A DNA stretch of 64,000 nt, taken from Mobula hypostoma (lineage: Eukaryota). Below are positions 1 through 13,708 of the stretch, in pieces. Position 1 is the stretch's first letter, and each line of letters starts with the position of its first letter. A model generated the notes under the pieces. The model searched no databases. It had not been told where the DNA came from and worked only from the letters and a program-made list of their open reading frames with translations. The DNA lies in the NCBI RefSeq assembly GCF_963921235.1, contig NC_086109.1:34102001-34166000 (forward strand), read 5' to 3'. Position numbers and translations under genes: made by a program.

Positions 1-1245
1 AGATTTATTGAGTAGCTATTTTAACTATCAACTCACAATAAAATTGTTTGCATATCATTAAAATATCCACAGAAATGATGGAAGTCACTTCACTGTTTAC
101 AGGTTTCTACCTCAGTGCTTTTTAGTAAAGATTCTACATTCTATCAGCCTGCACATTCTCTTCAAAATCACACACTGCCCTGACTTGAAAATATGTAACT
201 GTTCCTTCACAGTTACTGGGTCATAATCCTAGCCCACCATCAAATAGCATTGTGGAAATGGCTTCACCAAGCAGATATTTGGAACTCTATTTCTGCTTCT
301 CTATTTAACAACAGGTTTGATTTAAAAAAAACAAATTTACTATACATTTAGGCAATTAACTCATTAACAATCAATTGTCACAATTTCAGGAATTCCCTGC
401 TGTCACTAGGATCAAGCTAGGAACATAGTCAATAGAAAACCAGACATTAAATATGCATTAAACTATCTTGTTATTTCTGTAGGTTACATTATTAACATTG
501 CCAACAACCAACACCACACATGCATGGCTCTAAGGAGGCAAATGCTGTGTTGAGTGATTCACTTCTCAAAACGTTTTCACAGCGTTCACAAAGCACAGGA
601 ACATTAATTTTAAAAAATTTAAAATTCTTTGATAACTGCAATAATTCAGTACTCCATTTTTTAAAAAAAAGTCACTATGTCAATTAATAGCTGAGCTTAA
701 TCATACCCACAATTAAACACTGCAACATCTGTACTATCAATGGATTTAATACTAAATCACACTTTCCGATACTACCTTTGCCACGTTGGGGCTGGGATAC
801 TACTCAAAATAACTTTTGTGGATTGCTCTACCCTCAAGCCATTACTATTTCTGCTTTGCTAACACAACTGATTATCATCCTTACAAACAGCGATTTTAGG
901 ACAATACATCCTGCCATTGAGAGAGAGAGACCTGTAGGTGGGAGTGCTTTGATGTATTATCTTACCATCAAGTTACTTTCTTATAAATTCATTCGCATTT
1001 AAATAGCCAATCCTAATCCATTAGCAAATGAAAATATACCTTGTAATTCTCAGACAAGACTGCATGAAAAAAGTTGGAAACTTGCAATTCATATCATATT
1101 GATCTTTCAAACTGTCTTGATTTCAAGAATATGGTACTTCAAATTACATATTCAAAGAAGATCCAAATAGAGCAGGACTGAACAATGCCATCCATTCAGA
1201 TAATGTGCAAATATATGCTTTAATTGGAAAAGAAAAGGTACACAA

Positions 1246-1390
1246 GGAAACAACAGGAATTCTGCAGATGCTGGAAATTCAAGCGACACACATCAAAGTT
1301 GCTGGTGAACGCAGCAGGCCAGGCAGCATCTCTAGGAAGAGGTACAGTCGACGTTTCAGGCCGAGACCTGAACTTCGATGTGTGTTGCCT
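1246..1390 (-). mobile_element. Penelope-like element terminal-repeat fragment with short 5' inversion
   Basis: Near-identical reverse complement of the 27224-27353 insert; inverted piece at 1369-1390; flanked by direct repeat GTACACAA (1238-1245 and 1391-1398). Confidence 0.75.
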
Positions 1391-1464
1391 GTACACAAAG
1401 AAATCTTGATCTGCACTATTATGTATCTAATTAATTCCAGATCTGTTTCTTTCATTTGCTAGTA

Positions 1465-2239
1465 CAGATTGAGTACACCTTATCCAAAATTCAAAATCCA
1501 AAAACCTTTGAAATCCAAAATTTTTTTTTTTTGAGTGCTGATATTCACAATTAGGTTCTAACAGAAAAGCACTACATAAAATGAAAAATGAAGATCTCGA
1601 CAATGTATTGATAGAACTGATTAATCAGCAGAGTGAACAGACCATAACAGTATGCTGACCATGAAACAAAGATCATGACAAACTGAAAATTGAAGATAAC
1701 TGAACATTCAGCAGGCTGGTTGCAGGAATTTAAGAGAAAGCATGGCATTAATTTTTTTAAAGAAAAAATATCTGCTGATCGCGAAGCAGCAGAGAAATTC
1801 ACTGACGAGTTTCCCAAGATTGTCATTGAAGAAAATCTAACACCAGAACAAGTCTACAATGCTGATTGTTTTTATACCTTACATAAAACCTAAAAAGTGC
1901 AAAATACAAACACAATAAACTGTTATTTTTAAAAAAATCAGAACACAGCATCATAGCTGGAGACTGAAAGCATGCTATTGTTTGTCGTTCGATAGCTGAT
2001 TCAGGTATTCTCTCAATGCTGCCGTGCTGTTTTTGTTACCCTCCACACATTATATTAATGGCATGTAATAATTTTTATTGTTAAGTACATGTGTTATGAA
2101 CAAAGTTAAGAAATACTGCTGACCAGTAGCACATAAGTTCAGAATTGGAAATATTGATTTATATATTCCAAAATCTGAAAAAATCCAAACACTGAAACAC
2201 TCTGGCTCCAAGCATTTTGGATAAGGGGTACTCAACCTG
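1465..2239 (+). mobile_element. Tigger/pogo-family (Tigger4-like) DNA transposon, internally deleted
   Basis: TIRs CAGATTGAGTACACCTTATCCAAAAT and ATTTTGGATAAGGGGTACTCAACCTG with TA at both ends; transposase remnant SAGWLQEFKRKHGI...ENLTPEQVYNAD (ORF 1690-1893). Confidence 0.88.
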
Positions 2240-2669
2240 TATTGCAAGACACCAATTTGCTTACAATAATGTATAAACCCATCAGTAGTGAGTGCACTAC
2301 AATGGGTTGGCATTCATTGTATTGCACTCCATGACACAAAGGAATACAAATCAGATTCAATCATTTACACTCAGCTGCCCACTTTTATCCAGTGCATTGT
2401 TTTCAAATCTAGTGGGCTTCCGATACAAAAAGCACCATCAGTTCAGATTCCTAGCACTGATTTAAGATCCCAAATTGAAAACTACCATGCAAAAGAGATG
2501 AGTCAGCAGCAAACCCACTGGAAGTTAAAGATAATTATTGTCCAGACTCACACTGGATAAGAGGACACTAAATATTAAATATTGAAGCCAATATAAATAT
2601 GTCTGAAAACAAAAATTAAAAGATGCAGATGTTTTAGAAATCTACACATGGTTCAAATCCCTCTTTTCT

Positions 2670-3950
2670 CTGTCCATGTGTCAAAAACCTCTTAAATGTT
2701 GCTAACCTAGCAACCTAGCATTCTCTATAGCAGTGTGCTCAAGGTACCTACTGTTTATAGAAAAACTGTGTCTAGTAAATCTCCTTTAAACTTTCCCTTT
2801 CTCACCTTAAACCTATGCTCTCAGGTATTTGACATCTCCACCCAGGGAAAAAGACTTGTTGCCTACCTACCCTATCTTTGCCTCGTATATTTTCATATAC
2901 TTCTATGAAGTTGCCACTCATACTCAAAAGAAAACAATCTGAAGTTACCCAACTCTCTAATCTGGATAACATCCTGAGGAATGTTTACAAAGTTTCTAAT
3001 ACTTCCAGAATTGCACAAAATACTCCAAGTATGACCTAAATTTTATACAGTTGGAATATGACATACCAATTCTTACAGTCAATGATCCATACAGGAAAGA
3101 AATAGACTGGCTGGTTGAGTATTGTTGCAACAAACTTGTCAGTAAGACCAAGAAACTGATTGTGAACTTCAGGACACACCAGTCCTCTTCAAGGCATCGG
3201 TAGGGCAAAGAGTGTGCAGCTTCAAGTCCCTGGGTGTACTGAAGATCTGTCCTGGGCCCAGCATATCAATACAATTACAAAGACACACCAGTGGCTATAT
3301 TTCATTAGGATTTTGAAGGTATTTGTATGTCACCAAATACTCCCAAAATTCCTACAGATGTACTGTGTAGAGCACTCTAACTGGTTGTATCAGCATTTGG
3401 GTATGGAGGAGCCATTGCACAAGATCACAAAAAGCTGTGGAGGTTTGTAAACTCAGCCAGTTCCATCATGGGCACTAGCCTCCACATCATTAAGGGCATT
3501 TTCAAAAGACAACACCTCAGTAAGGCAGCATCCATCATTATCGACGTTGCCCACACAGTGCACTCCCTCTTCTCATTACCACCATCAGACAGATGGTACG
3601 GGACACAAACTCAAGACACACACTCAATGTTTTATGTATTATTGTGACTTATAGCAATCTTATGTATTGCATTGCTGCTGCAAAACAGCTAATTTTACAG
3701 CATGTGTCAGTGATAATAAATCGGATTCTGATTCTCAACTGATGAAGGCAAGAATGTTGTATGCCTTCTTTACCACTCCATTCACTTTTGTTGCCACTTT
3801 CAGGGAGCTATGGATTAGCACCCCAAAATCCCCTCGTACATCAATACACTGAAGTGTCCAGCTTATTATTGTAAATATTCCACGCAGTTGGAACCAACCT
3901 TCCTTATACTGCCATGCAGAAGACCTGTTATGTAGAGCTTGTGTCTGCCC
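2670..3950 (-). mobile_element. CR1 LINE 3' fragment interrupted by a Rex1-type insertion
   Basis: The minus strand encodes RGDFGVLIHSSLKVATKVNGVVKKAYNILAFIS (3735-3956), continuing as LEYFVQFW (about 3000-3040) across the insert. Confidence 0.75.
3090..3735 (+). mobile_element. Rex1/Babar-type LINE 3' fragment
   Basis: Degenerate RT C-terminus (KTKKLIVNFR, EDLSWAQHINTITK, QWLYFIR) and a tail aataaatcggattctgattct. Confidence 0.78.
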
Positions 3951-4468
3951 AGGCAATTATCTGGTGAGAAGGGGCAATGACAAGTTAACCATTCTGAAAT
4001 TTTTCCATTTTGGCCAGAAGGGAGATTTGAGGGCAATTTGACCTTAACAAATCAATTAGAAGTGCCCTGCTCAGAGTGAACTGACCAGCCCTGTGACACC
4101 AAAGAAGCCACAGAGGCCGGCATCCAGTGAAAAGCAAATGCACTGTTTAAACCAAGTTTTACTTAAATGTTAAAGTTTTAGTTAATACTTTTGGTAATTT
4201 GTTTAATAGTTTCATTCATTTTCAAGTGCTCTATTGCACCTGTCCATGGCACTCAAATGTTCAATATTTTTAAAATTGTTTGAAGCAAAGTGGCTTGACC
4301 ATTTGTCCAAATTTCTGTCACTGCAGATTTTGAAGGCCAAGTTTGTTCTTTTGCTGCCACCCCACTGCTCTGTACACTAGGAACTACTGAAATCGGCATG
4401 GCAGTGCTCACCAAGGGAACCACGCTAGCACAAACATGAATAGTAGAGGTTGGCAAGCAGTTAGAATC

Positions 4469-4585
4469 CAGTCACAAACAAGAGCAAAATCTGCAGTGGC
4501 TGGAAATCCAAGCAACACACTAAATGCTGGAGGAACTCAGCAGGCCAGGCCTGGCTTGCAGAGTTCCTCCTGCATTGTGTGTGTT
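4469..4585. mobile_element. Fold-back fragment of the Penelope-like terminal repeat
   Basis: Inverted arms centred on CCAGG|CCTGG (4549/4550); flanked by direct repeat GTTAGAATC (4460-4468 and 4586-4594). Confidence 0.72.
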
Positions 4586-5344
4586 GTTAGAATCAAGGTC
4601 TTTTTTTAAAAATCATTAATGCACTTGATTATCATGTTAAAGAAATTTTATGCCCATCTGCCTTTATAATAACATGCAAACTATGATTAATTGATTGCCT
4701 CAGTTGGAGTAATCCATCAGTTATGAAAACACAATGACTTTTTTCTTGATATAAAGCGATGTAAACAAATTCAATACTTTTAATGTGTAGCATAAGGGGG
4801 CACTTGCAATACTAGCTAACAAAATTAGGACTTTAACAGCATCTAGATTTACTACCCCACACAAAGACTCAATGCACTCAGAAGCTTGGGCTCACCTTCA
4901 GTACTGCACTGGATGGAATTGTACACCAAAAAAAATTGCTTGCAATCAAGATTAACAATTGCAGTCTCATGCAACCCAATGCAGCCAAAATGTAAGTCCA
5001 CTAGATTTGCTAAAGCCAGCTGTTGGGAATATCAGATTTATGTTAACTGCATCTTTCAAGTGACTACATTTTGCAAGTCCAGCAGATTTATTTTAGGCTG
5101 ACCAATGACTGCGAGATCTGCACTTTGGGAAGAGGAATTTCAAACGCACGGCTACCAGTATTAACTCACAGTTGATTAATAAGACACCATACTCTGAACT
5201 TTCAAAAAAAGGTGAGGGAGAAAAAAAAATGTTCAACTTAGGATTGAACATTGTTGTCAATGAAATAATGCACAAATACATTATTCATTGTCTTTTGGGT
5301 TCAAAATACACAGTAATTCCTTAAAAAAAAAGTTCAAGCAGCAA

Positions 5345-5580
5345 AGCATTTCTCCTCTCCTATCAGATTCCTTCTTCTCCAGCTCTATCGTTCCCACCCA
5401 TTTGGCTTCACCGATCACCTTCCAGATAGTCTTACTTTCCTCCCCTCTCCTTTCTATTCAGGTATCTTCCTCTTCTTTTCTGATGAAGGATCTTGGCCCA
5501 AAGCATCAACTGTTTATTCATTTGCATAGATACGGCCTGACCTGCTGAGTTCCTCCACCACTTTGTGTTGCTCTAGATTC
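5345..5580 (+). mobile_element. Penelope-like element 3' region / terminal repeat
   Basis: Pyrimidine-rich 3' region, then CTGATGAAGGATCTTGGCCC and CCTGCTGAGTTCCTCCA; homologous to 24560-24860. Confidence 0.72.
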
Positions 5581-5581
5581 A

Positions 5582-6218
5582 GGCTACGTCCACACTACGC
5601 TGGATAATTTTGAAAACGCCGGTTTCAAGTAAAAACGACAGGCGTCCACACTAAGCGTTTTTCAAAATATCTCCGTCCACATTAGGCGGATATTTGGGCG
5701 AATCTCCTCCTACTGGGCATGCGCAGGACACACACAGAAAACAAGCGAAGAGGAAACAATATACTTCGTGCGCATTTGTTCAGTTAGAGTAGAAAAGCTT
5801 AAAAGAACTTGCTCTTGGCTCTCGCACAGGAGGACTTAAAACTTAAAAAAAAATACTGGAGCGTATGGAGGCAACCAACAGGGAGTTCACGGACAGTATG
5901 ACCCAGCTGACGATGAACACTGAAAAACTGACTAACTCTGTTACATTAATAAAGCACCTTGTTAAATGTATAAAACGTCTGCATCAGCGTTATCTTGTAT
6001 TTCCATACAATGTTACATTAGGCTGTTACACATCTATTGTCAGAGAAGTACTTGCATAAATAGGTAAACCACCTTTACACAAGCAAGGACAGAAAACAGG
6101 GCAAAGTGAGTATACTTATTTATTCAGTAAGGTACGGGTCAAAGTATTTGGTGAGTACATTTCTAACTCTTCTGGCTTCAGTCTCGTTACCGCCTGTTCT
6201 GAAATTGTTAGGTTGGGG

Positions 6219-6269
<51 letters not shown>

Positions 6270-6710
6270 GTTGCGTTCAAAAAAAGTGAGTATACTTATT
6301 TATTCGTTAAGCTATGGGTCAACTGGCTTCAGTCTCGTTCAAGAAAACAACGAACATCTGTTCCAGCACGTCATGACAGCGTTTTTAAATAGTCAAAAAA
6401 CTCACTTTACAATTTAACTCTCACACCGTTCACACCAACTGCGCGTTATAACAGTTTGCGCAGTACCAAGCAGAAGCAGAAAAAAGCATTGTTGTTGTGG
6501 TGTTGTCATGACAGCGTTTTAAAATCTCTCCGGTTACCCCGTACACACTACGCCGGATATTAAGCGTTTTCAGATTAATTCACTCTGGAGAGTGTTTTCG
6601 AAAATCTCCGTTTTCGGGGGCTGAAAACGCCAGCTCAGTGTGGACGGGAGGGCAAAACGAAGAGAAAAAGCTTTGTTTTCAAAATTATCCAGCGTAGTGT
6701 GGACGTACCC
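5582..6710 (+). mobile_element. PIF/Harbinger-type non-autonomous DNA transposon, copy 1
   Basis: Long TIRs GGCTACGTCCACACTACGCTGGATAATTTTGAAAAC and GTTTTCAAAATTATCCAGCGTAGTGTGGACGTACCC; 3-bp TSD TCA (5579-5581 and 6711-6713); internal (GT)n at about 6221-6266. Confidence 0.85.
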
Positions 6711-6929
6711 TCAGAGTCTTGCATTTTGATTAACTGCAAACTCATGCCTATTTCTTGGTGCCTTGGTTTCTGTCAGTACATTTGATTCCTGAACAATTGT
6801 TTTTCATAAAGCACACATTTTCTAGCATAACACTCTTCCAAAGATCTTCTCAGAATGATCTTCAATTTCATAGTTCTAATGAAAAATCCATATTTTCTCT
6901 CAGAATATCCAGGTTTTGCTTATCCATGA

Positions 6930-7135
6930 CACACAAAGTGCAGGTCAGGCAGTATATATGGAGAGAAAGGAAGTTATGTTTCGGGCCAATTGAACAGAAG
7001 ATGTTTTGGACTGATGACAGGTCTCAGCTGGAAGTGTCAACAGTTAATGTCCCTCCATAGATACTGTCTGACCTGCTTAGTTCTTCCAGCATTACGAATA
7101 TCCCTCCAGATTTCCAGCATCTGCAGTCTTTTGTG
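6930..7135. mobile_element. Old head-to-head pair of Penelope-like terminal-repeat fragments
   Basis: CAGGTCAGGCAGTATATATGGAG in one orientation, then CTGATGACAGGTCTC...CCATAGATACTGTCTGACCTGC...TTTCCAGCATCTGCAG in the other. Confidence 0.6.
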
Positions 7136-10100
7136 CACCCAGATGTTACTGATTCTGTTTCTGCTAAACCCACACAATCCAAAAAGGTCACAAACTGCAT
7201 TTCTAATTTTAGACTTCTGATAACAGGTAGATACGAAGCAGCCTCTTCATTTGACAGAACAAGATACAGCAAGCATATTGAGACCCTTTCAATAGAAAAG
7301 GTCTGCCTGGCCCAACACTACATAATATTTTGTGCTAAAGATCAAAGAAAATTCAGGACAGTTCAAACAAATCCATACTTACAATGCCTTCTTTGAGCTA
7401 GACATGTGACAATTTCAAATGCCTGCATCTTCCTACCACCACACCATAGTAAGTGTTAATTACTGTCGTATCCATACAATGATTGGATTCATTCATACGT
7501 AGACAATCAGTTAAGTGCCTGTTCCTGGTCTGTCTGATATCTTAAATGTAATCTTCAATGCATATTCAAATATGCATTGGGTTGCTTGCTGAAGTCAATA
7601 ATCGCTTTATATCCTAACCCCAAAAACAGCTACCGTGTAAAAAAAACTTCCACTTTAAAAATTTCCCCTCACCTTGAAGAAATGCTCTCAAGTATTTGCT
7701 ATTTCCACCTTGAGAAAAAGACACTATCTACCCCATCTATGACTACCGGAACTCTATAAACTTCTATCAGATTGCCCCCTCAGCCTCAGACACTCCAGAG
7801 AAAACAGCCCAAGTTTGCCCACCATCTCTTTAGGGCGAACAGTCTTCAATCCAAACAACATTCAGGTGAACTTCTACACCCTGTCCAAAGCTTTTACATC
7901 CTTTCTGTAATATGGGGACAATGACTGATTAAAAATGTTCATGTAAAGCTTAGAAGATATTAAAGATCTGACATGAAATAGCACCATAGGTGAATTACAA
8001 ATTAAAGTAAAATACTCCACTTCACTGGCCCACACATTTTATCGATAAAATTACATCCAAATACCTTGAGGACAGAAGACACAGGAGCAGAATTAGGCCA
8101 CTCAGCCCATCGGGTCTGCCCTGCCATTCCATCTTGTCTGATTTTTAAAATTCCACTCAAGCCCATTCTTTTGCCTTCTCCCCGTAAACTTTGACGCCCT
8201 GAATAAGACCATAAGAATACCACATTTAAATGGCCTAAAATAAACTGAGAATTTACAAGTATATCTAATTACCAGGTTACATTTTGGTCTTTGCAAAATG
8301 GCATTGCATGAACCAGCTTCAGAATTTCTTTACAGAGGTAAACTCCACCCAACTGGGATCATTGTGCAGAACGTGAAAAATCCATCTTCTGTATTCAGCA
8401 GTGAACACAAAATCTCCTTTCATTACTTACCTTACAATTTTTTGTTTGAAATGCCGAAGTGTTGAGATGCCACTTGAATATGGCATTCTCATTGGTAAGT
8501 GAACTTTTTTTTGAAACATAATGCTTTCTGAATCCTGTGTAACTTGATCCTTGTGGGTCCTACATTTTTCTATTTGTGTTCCCAACCAATTCAATTAATT
8601 AACTGCGAGCAATTTGTTTTTCAAAAAAGTTACTTTTAAAACTAGCATGGATATGTAGATAGAAAGCATGTTTTAACCATTATTGAAATATGTTTTTGAA
8701 GCTATTTATATAATCCAATCATTATGCATAATTGCTGTGTCATACATAAAGCACAAGCGAAAGCTATTGACAACTTCATAGACAAGAAAAAACTCCAGTA
8801 AAAACTATTAACATGCATTTGGCCTTTCAGCACAAAAATGAAAGCTAAACCAATGTTTCAATGGAAATATGAAAACAGATGGATAAAGAAACAAAGCTGC
8901 ACAAAAGTAATGTCAGAATGTGTTGTAAAAATGTTTGTGGCTATGATAACATAGATACGTTGCAAGGGTAGGAATCTAAATGAAGCTTTGACTTTACATA
9001 TCATAGTGGATAGGGTGGAGGAGAATTTAGCTTCATCTTTTTAAGAAATCTGGAATAAAAATTTAGTAGTGGTGGGCATGAAGCCACCAGATCGTTATCA
9101 AAATCCTACCACACTGTCCTTTCAAGATCATTTGTCCTTGTTTTGTCTGATCTGAGGATGTGACTCCAGATGCACAGTGTTGTGACTCTTGCCTGCTTTT
9201 TAAAAACAGATTAGATGATTATTCAATTACATCAAAATAGCAGATAGCAAAAACTAATATACGTTGACTTCGGCACTGAATGCTGATAGATAAGATCCTG
9301 AAATTATCTTTCAAGATTTATGAAGCTGTGCTGGAGGGCTTGACATTGTCACTGTTGACATTCATTCAGTTGGAGCATAATGATTTTTGTAGCCAACGTT
9401 TCAGTAGTTTGGTCTGATCAGAGTCCAGTAGTAAAATATACGCATGCTGAATTTGAGCTAAACAGCAATTAAGTATTTTGATACTTTTTTGTTTTAAATT
9501 TTAAGAAACTTCTACTCATTGAAGTAAATTTTTTTTTACAGAATGGTAGATGCCTGAAATGTGCAACCAGGGAGGTGTTGGAAACATGATAGCAATGTTG
9601 AAGAGGCATTGAGACAGGCAGCGAATGAGGAGTTACAGACCGTGCCATCAGATGAGATTAGTTTAACTTGACATTGTAGTTGGTATGGACACTGTGAACC
9701 AAAGGGCCAGTTCCTGTGCTGTAATGGTTTATATTCTAAAATATGCCACTGAGCCAAAAGAAATATTTGGCTAGGTAGTGGAAGTTCTGAAAGAATTAAG
9801 AGCAGGTTTGTGCATCTTGGATGATTATAGGATTGAGCCTACAATAGAGTGATGATTGTAATTGAGTGGTGTGCTACCGCTTACTGTGGCTCAGAAAAGC
9901 AGTGATCATTTGAGGTGATGGCACGTCATGTTAGGATGGTAGGATCAGAAGGAAAAGCCTCAGAGTACAAGGATGTCCGTTTAGAACAAAGAGGAGGAGG
10001 ACTTTCTTTTGAAGTGGAGGTTGATACGCTCCAGACTAGTAAGAGTATCAAAGGTTAAAAGGAGACGGCAAAGAGAATGGGTTTGGGAAGATAATAAATC

Positions 10101-11189
10101 AGTCATGATGGAATGGCCTAATTCTGCTATTTCTTATGGTTTTATATCACAAAGCTTCTTGGAGGTCTTTAACATATAGGTGTTGATTTGATCCATGGAC
10201 AGCACAATCATTTCAACATTTAATTGAAGCTGTTTATAGAAAATCATTATCCATTATAGCTATTGTTTAATCCTGTTCTCTTCTACTACACTTGTACAAG
10301 TATAAAGTCCAACCAAACCTAAAACTGTTTTATAAAACTGCTTCAGTACTTCCCAACTCTTGAACACAGTGCCTCCAGTAATAAATGGAAGCATGCTGTT
10401 CACCTTCAAGCAACATGTGCATCCCCTTTCATGAAGCTAAGGCTGAAGATGCTTCTGTATATCAATGCTGTCAAAGTTCTTACCATTAACATTGTTCTGT
10501 CCTTAACATTTAATTCCTAAATTGCAACACCTCATATTTTGCTGTTTATCTGGCTGGATTTATCTGCCATTTCTCTGCCCACATCTGCAACTGATCTATA
10601 TCCAGCTGTGCCTTTTTGGTAATTTTACATGACCTGCAATACCAACAGCCTTTGTATCATCTGCAAATTAATCCATTCATCTCCATTTATTATAAATGTA
10701 ATAAAAGTAAGCACACAATGAAAACCCTTTCAGTGTCATTTTCCAACTGAAATTACTTCAATGCAAATGCAAATTGACTATATTGTCAAAACTCCTAACA
10801 GTGAAAGATTTGGTTTTAATCAACATTCTTCTAGAAAGTGCTTTCAAAGAAGTCTGGAAGATTGGGGAAGCTCTAACAGTGAACTTGAAAGTCAGAACAT
10901 TTCTACTTTCTCTCAGGATACAAAATTATGAAATAAATAAATGATCTAAGGTATAGCTCCACTGCAAATTACCCATACATAATGGGAAATAAACTATTGT
11001 GCATGAGCTGTGAGCATGCAACTAGGAAAATGGTGTATTTTCATTCTAATCCTATCAACTTTCGTTCTTAAGTTAAAAAGTAAATATGAATTTTTGAAAC
11101 CAGTTACACAAATCATCTCAGATGGCACCAATCTTGAACAAGAAAGAAAATTATGGGTTCAACACTCATGACTTCACAACAATACCCTG

Positions 11190-11395
11190 CCAGGATAGTG
11201 TAGTAAGGAAGAGTGCAACTTTAAGTGCCGAACTTCAGGTAAGAACTTTAAACCATGGCTGAACCTGCTCTCGTGAGAGATGCAAAATATCCCTGTGAAC
11301 ATTTCCAACAGCTGGGAAGTTCTGGTCAACAATCAGTCCACAATCAATTTTACTAAAACACTATCTTGCATATATCACACTTAATGCAGTGGGAT
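11190..11395 (+). mobile_element. Degraded DeuSINE (SacSINE1/AmnSINE1-like Deu domain)
   Basis: Collinear resemblance to the Deu core as recalled: gagtgc...gtgccg...ttcagg...ttaaacc...ctgctctc...aaaatatccc...ctggtcaa...atcacac...gtggga. Confidence 0.5.
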
Positions 11396-13450
11396 ACAGA
11401 ATGGACATGAAAATAATTTAAAACAGATTTAAAAAAAACAAATCTTTGCACAAAGTTAATCAGCAATTTAGTAAGATGAGAAGGATTGGGAGAAACTTCC
11501 CTGCATACAGAGAGAATGGAAGACCTGCATCAGTACATAAATGCAAACAGCAGTTGAAACCAGCATGTTATAAAATCAGAGCTGCAAAGTCAATTTGAAT
11601 TGCTCCGGGAAAAGAGCCAAACAGAGACAATGGCCTTGATATTAAAACAAGAGGGTACTTGGATCTAGATGCACAATGTGGTGAGATGGGGAAAGAACTC
11701 AGAAATCAACTTCAGCACCACAGTTAACAACAATACAATTTCAATAACTATATATCTATTTTCTGAGCTACGCAAGTATGAAAAACTACACACTCAAACA
11801 GTGAAGAGATTCTGTTTTATGACTGAAACACAATATTCAAACAGAACTATACTACACTACTATGCAATGTTGATTTAACCAAAAAACTAAAAGACACCTA
11901 TTAAACTGGTTAAATAACAAGAAACCAGATATTTTAGGCTGCAAAGAAAAATCTACTTTTTTTTAGAAAAAAAAGAGGGTCTGTTTTAGAATAACCAGTA
12001 GGCATGAAACATTTAACTTTATTTCAAAACTCACAGTACAAGCTTGGATCCTGCTAATGATCAGACTATGTTATCACTTCTCTTACTTGAGCAAGCTTAC
12101 AAGTGTCCAACCTACAATTTCCATTATTTTAAATCAAGTAGCTTCTAGTTGCACATGAACAAAAAACTAGATCAAATAAATTCATGGAATAGCATACAGA
12201 ATGCTATTAAAATAGATTCAAATCTAACAACAAAGCTCTCGTACGGCATAACTACAAAGAAATCTCTATGTTACTATGACTTTGTAAGAACATGTTTTTG
12301 GCAATGTGAGCAGATGTTAATATTTTATTTCTTATTATTTATGAAAGGAGAAAGTCACTTTATATTTACTTCACTACAGTTGTTGGAGAAAGTAAATATA
12401 CAACAGAAACAGAAAAAAGACAATGCTAAAATGGAACTCTCTAGCTGCTGATGTTTTAATTACAGAAGTTGGAGAACTGTTCCTTGCCTTCCGTAGTTTT
12501 GTACATTGTAGAAGCTATCGCAGGCAAGAAGCAATTCTCCAACTTCAGTAATGTACATAACGATTTTATGTGGATTCAGCAATGTCAACACGTAATGAAG
12601 AATGGTGCAAAATGGCAGTCCCTTGCTAGGAATATAGGTGGACTAAAATCAGCCTCAAACACAAGATGACTGAAAAAAAAGAGAAAGCCTTGTCACTACT
12701 TTGATGACTGCCAAAGTTTTCCAACACTAGAGGCTGCTGAGTATCCCTTAAACAGAAATTAAGTTACATCACTTTATAAAATAAAATTATTAAATACATC
12801 TTAATTTATTCTTACTATTTTCTCCATGGCTATTATAACCCATTTAAATGAATGGACTCTGGAGTCCCATGCTGTCTGCAGAGATTCCCCAGCACAAAAA
12901 TGGAAGACAGAAAATCTGAGCGCCAAACTGGAGCAATCCTGGATCAGCTGCCACTTGAGAGTAAATGCCTGCAAGTTCTAACCCAAAGTATCCCTTAGCT
13001 ACATTGGCTGAATAGTCAATTCCTGTTAATGTTCATTTCAGACTCAACACTTATTTTCTTCTCCCATCCTGTTCACTTAACACGAAGTGTTTAACCTTAA
13101 CTCATTATTACAGTAATTGAACTAATCTTTTAAGTACATTATCCAATTTGCTTTAACCACTTAACATATGAATTTTCAAAATTTTTATAATGCTTTGGCA
13201 AAGTTTCTTATAAGTTCTCAAAGTTTCTTACAGTTCTGAATAAGAAGGGAAAGAACAGATTAGGTCAAAAACTGTGCTTTAGGCATCACAGGCAGAGAAA
13301 ACTAAAACATATACTTTAAGATAATTGAAGTAAAGAAAATGAAGACCAACCATACAAGATTCTGGAGCAGAAGTAAGCCTTCTGACCACACAACGCCGCT
13401 GCCCATGTACTTTTTAAGACTAATTTTCCTATCCTATTTTGATATTCCAA

Positions 13451-13708
13451 TATTTATTTATTTATTGAAACACAGTGCTATCCTTCCAGCCCTTCAAGCC
13501 ACGCTGGCCAGCAATCCCCCGATTTAACTCTAACCCAATCACAGGACAATTTACAATGACCAATTAACCTATCAACTGGGACGTCTTTGAACTGTGGGAG
13601 CCGGAGCATCTTAAGGAAACCCACACCTTACAGGCAATGGCGGTGATTGAACCTACGTCTCCTGTACTGTAAAATGTTGTGCTAACCACTATGCTACCAT
13701 GCTGCCCA
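13451..13708 (-). mobile_element. tRNA-derived V-SINE (HE1-like)
   Basis: Minus strand has box A TGGTAGCATAGTGG, box B GGTTCAATC, a V-domain-like TGTGGGTTTCC...TGCTCCGG...TCCCACA, and an (AATA)n tail. Confidence 0.8.

Noticed and set aside
13640..13708. tRNA gene
   Set aside because: The A and B boxes belong to a SINE head and are followed by a V-domain and tail; there is no cloverleaf.
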